The notes below the pieces were generated by a model that was not told where the DNA came from, did not search any database, and worked only from the letters and a program-made list of their open reading frames with translations. A stretch of 64,000 bases of DNA from a virus. Taxonomy: Duplodnaviria; Heunggongvirae; Uroviricota; Caudoviricetes. A program made the translations under genes and the position numbers. Positions 62,907-64,000 of this stretch are shown here, piece by piece. Position 1 is the first letter of the stretch. Each line of letters begins with the position of its first letter. The DNA lies in IMG/VR virus record IMGVR_UViG_3300028888_000044, positions 160,001 through 224,000 of that record; one strand, 5' to 3'.

Positions 62907-62942
62907 AAATGCCAAATACATTGATGTATTTGGTATTTTTTA
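62905..62942 (+). terminator. Intrinsic terminator
   Basis: AAAAATGCCAAATACA-TTGA-TGTATTTGGTATTTTTT. Confidence 0.85.
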
Positions 62943-63015
62943 TATCATATTAAATTAAAAAAAGTTAAAATTTATTTTTAATTATTTAATATATTTTATA
63001 TAATAACAAAAAATA

Positions 63016-63486
63016 TTGATTATGGCTAAAATTTTTGAAACAGCAGAAAATATTGTGGATATGGTTGAAGAAATATTCACCAACGCTGGTTTATCCAATT
63101 ATGGTTTGGGATTAAAGGTACTATCATTGACAAAAGCAAGGGATGTAGTAAAGATTTCACGAGCAAGTGCAACAACAAATTATCTTACCAAGAACAAGGT
63201 TGACTTGACATTGTTTATTTATGAGGAAGCATTTGAAAAACTTCCAGAAGCTTCACAGCGAATGCTGATAGATATGGTATTATCAAACGTTTCATATGAC
63301 ATTGAGAAAGATAAGCTTAATGTTGAAACAAACCCATATATGCAGATATTCCAAATGACAAAAAAGTATGGTGAAGAATTCTTGCATACACTTGAGTCTT
63401 CTTATTTCATTATAAGACAAATAGAAGAAGAGAAGAAGGAGCAAAAGGAAATGGAAAAACAGAATAAGAAAAATAAAAATATTTAA
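63016..63486 (+). CDS. Hypothetical protein, possibly a degenerate phage metallopeptidase-like fold
   Basis: D..LFIYEEAFEKL....Q.MLID.VL resembles the phage metallopeptidase scaffold but has no HExxH. Confidence 0.5.
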   Translation: MIMAKIFETAENIVDMVEEIFTNAGLSNYGLGLKVLSLTKARDVVKISRASATTNYLTKNKVDLTLFIYEEAFEKLPEASQRMLIDMVLSNVSYDIEKDKLNVETNPYMQIFQMTKKYGEEFLHTLESSYFIIRQIEEEKKEQKEMEKQNKKNKNI

Positions 63487-63489
63487 TTT

Positions 63490-64000
63490 ATGGGAAATTT
63501 AAATCAAAAATGGTTTAATCTTTGCTTTGTAATTGACAAGAGCGGAAGTATGTATACCTCAAGAGAAGACGTTATTGGCGGTTTTATCAAGACAATGGAT
63601 GAGCAGAAAAAGAAGCAAGACTTTAAGGTAACGGTGTCTCTTTATACGTTTAATGAAGAAGTTACAGAGGAATATCTTGGAATTGACATCAAGGATGTTA
63701 AAGATTTGGAATATAATCCAGATGGACTTACTGCAATGAATGACGGTATAGCTACAGCAATCGACAATGTTGGAAAGTGGCTTTACGATTTAGACCAAAA
63801 GGGAGAAGAACTTCCAGGTAAAACATTGTTTGTTGTTATGACAGATGGAATGGAAAATGCTTCAAAGAATTTTACAATCAATCAAGTAAGGGACAAAATC
63901 AAGGAGCAGACAGAAAAGTATTCTTGGGAATTCATTTATCTTGGTACAGATATTACAACTACAAAGGCAGCAGACCAACTTGGATTTAAGCATAAGGCTT
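63490..64000 (+). CDS. von Willebrand factor A (vWA) domain protein, partial (runs off the right edge)
   Basis: FVIDKSGSM (MIDAS DxSxS), G.TAMND, VVMTDGMENAS, WEFIYLG. Confidence 0.9.
   Translation, partial: MGNLNQKWFNLCFVIDKSGSMYTSREDVIGGFIKTMDEQKKKQDFKVTVSLYTFNEEVTEEYLGIDIKDVKDLEYNPDGLTAMNDGIATAIDNVGKWLYDLDQKGEELPGKTLFVVMTDGMENASKNFTINQVRDKIKEQTEKYSWEFIYLGTDITTTKAADQLGFKHKA

Noticed and set aside
63016-63486. Active zinc metallopeptidase
   Set aside because: The expected HExxH position reads LIDMVLSN, and the overall resemblance is weak.
1-64000. Stop-codon reassignment (TAG to Gln, as in Lak-type phages)
   Set aside because: Standard-code ORFs are long and tile the window. TAG is rare but acts as a plausible stop (147, 60058), and the one gene break is a frameshift.
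1-64000. CRISPR array, tRNA or rRNA genes
   Set aside because: No regularly spaced identical repeats or cloverleaf/rRNA-like segments were seen; intergenic gaps are short and AT-rich. tRNAscan was not run.

Overview
The window is a gene-dense, AT-rich segment of a large T4-like (contractile-tailed) phage genome that reads in the standard genetic code. The host is almost certainly a Bacteroidota member: there are three exact TTTG-N19/20-TAnnTTTG host promoters, plus Bacteroidales-type RmlD and sigma70 genes. From left to right it carries the end of a Hef-like homing endonuclease, nrdG, and a ~23 kb baseplate/tail operon (gp25-like, gp6-like, several very large proteins). Further along are a separated SbcD/SbcC pair, RmlD, primase, a RuvC-like resolvase, a phage sigma70, a holin/spanin-like pair and a partial vWA gene. 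The most striking feature is an expanded family of 12 copies of one ~290-aa unassigned domain with invariant Cys/His/Asp. Eleven copies are followed by a different, AT-rich WG-like beta-repeat region. Copies are chained into polyproteins (6 units in 3289 aa; 3 units in ~2058 aa once a 1-nt frameshift is bridged). Every junction carries an (L/I)-x-E motif like the T4 prohead-protease site, and the conserved cores show patchwork DNA exchange. My inference is a capsid-packaged, protease-released, recombination-diversified effector array. All family assignments come from recognising motifs by eye; no searches were run.
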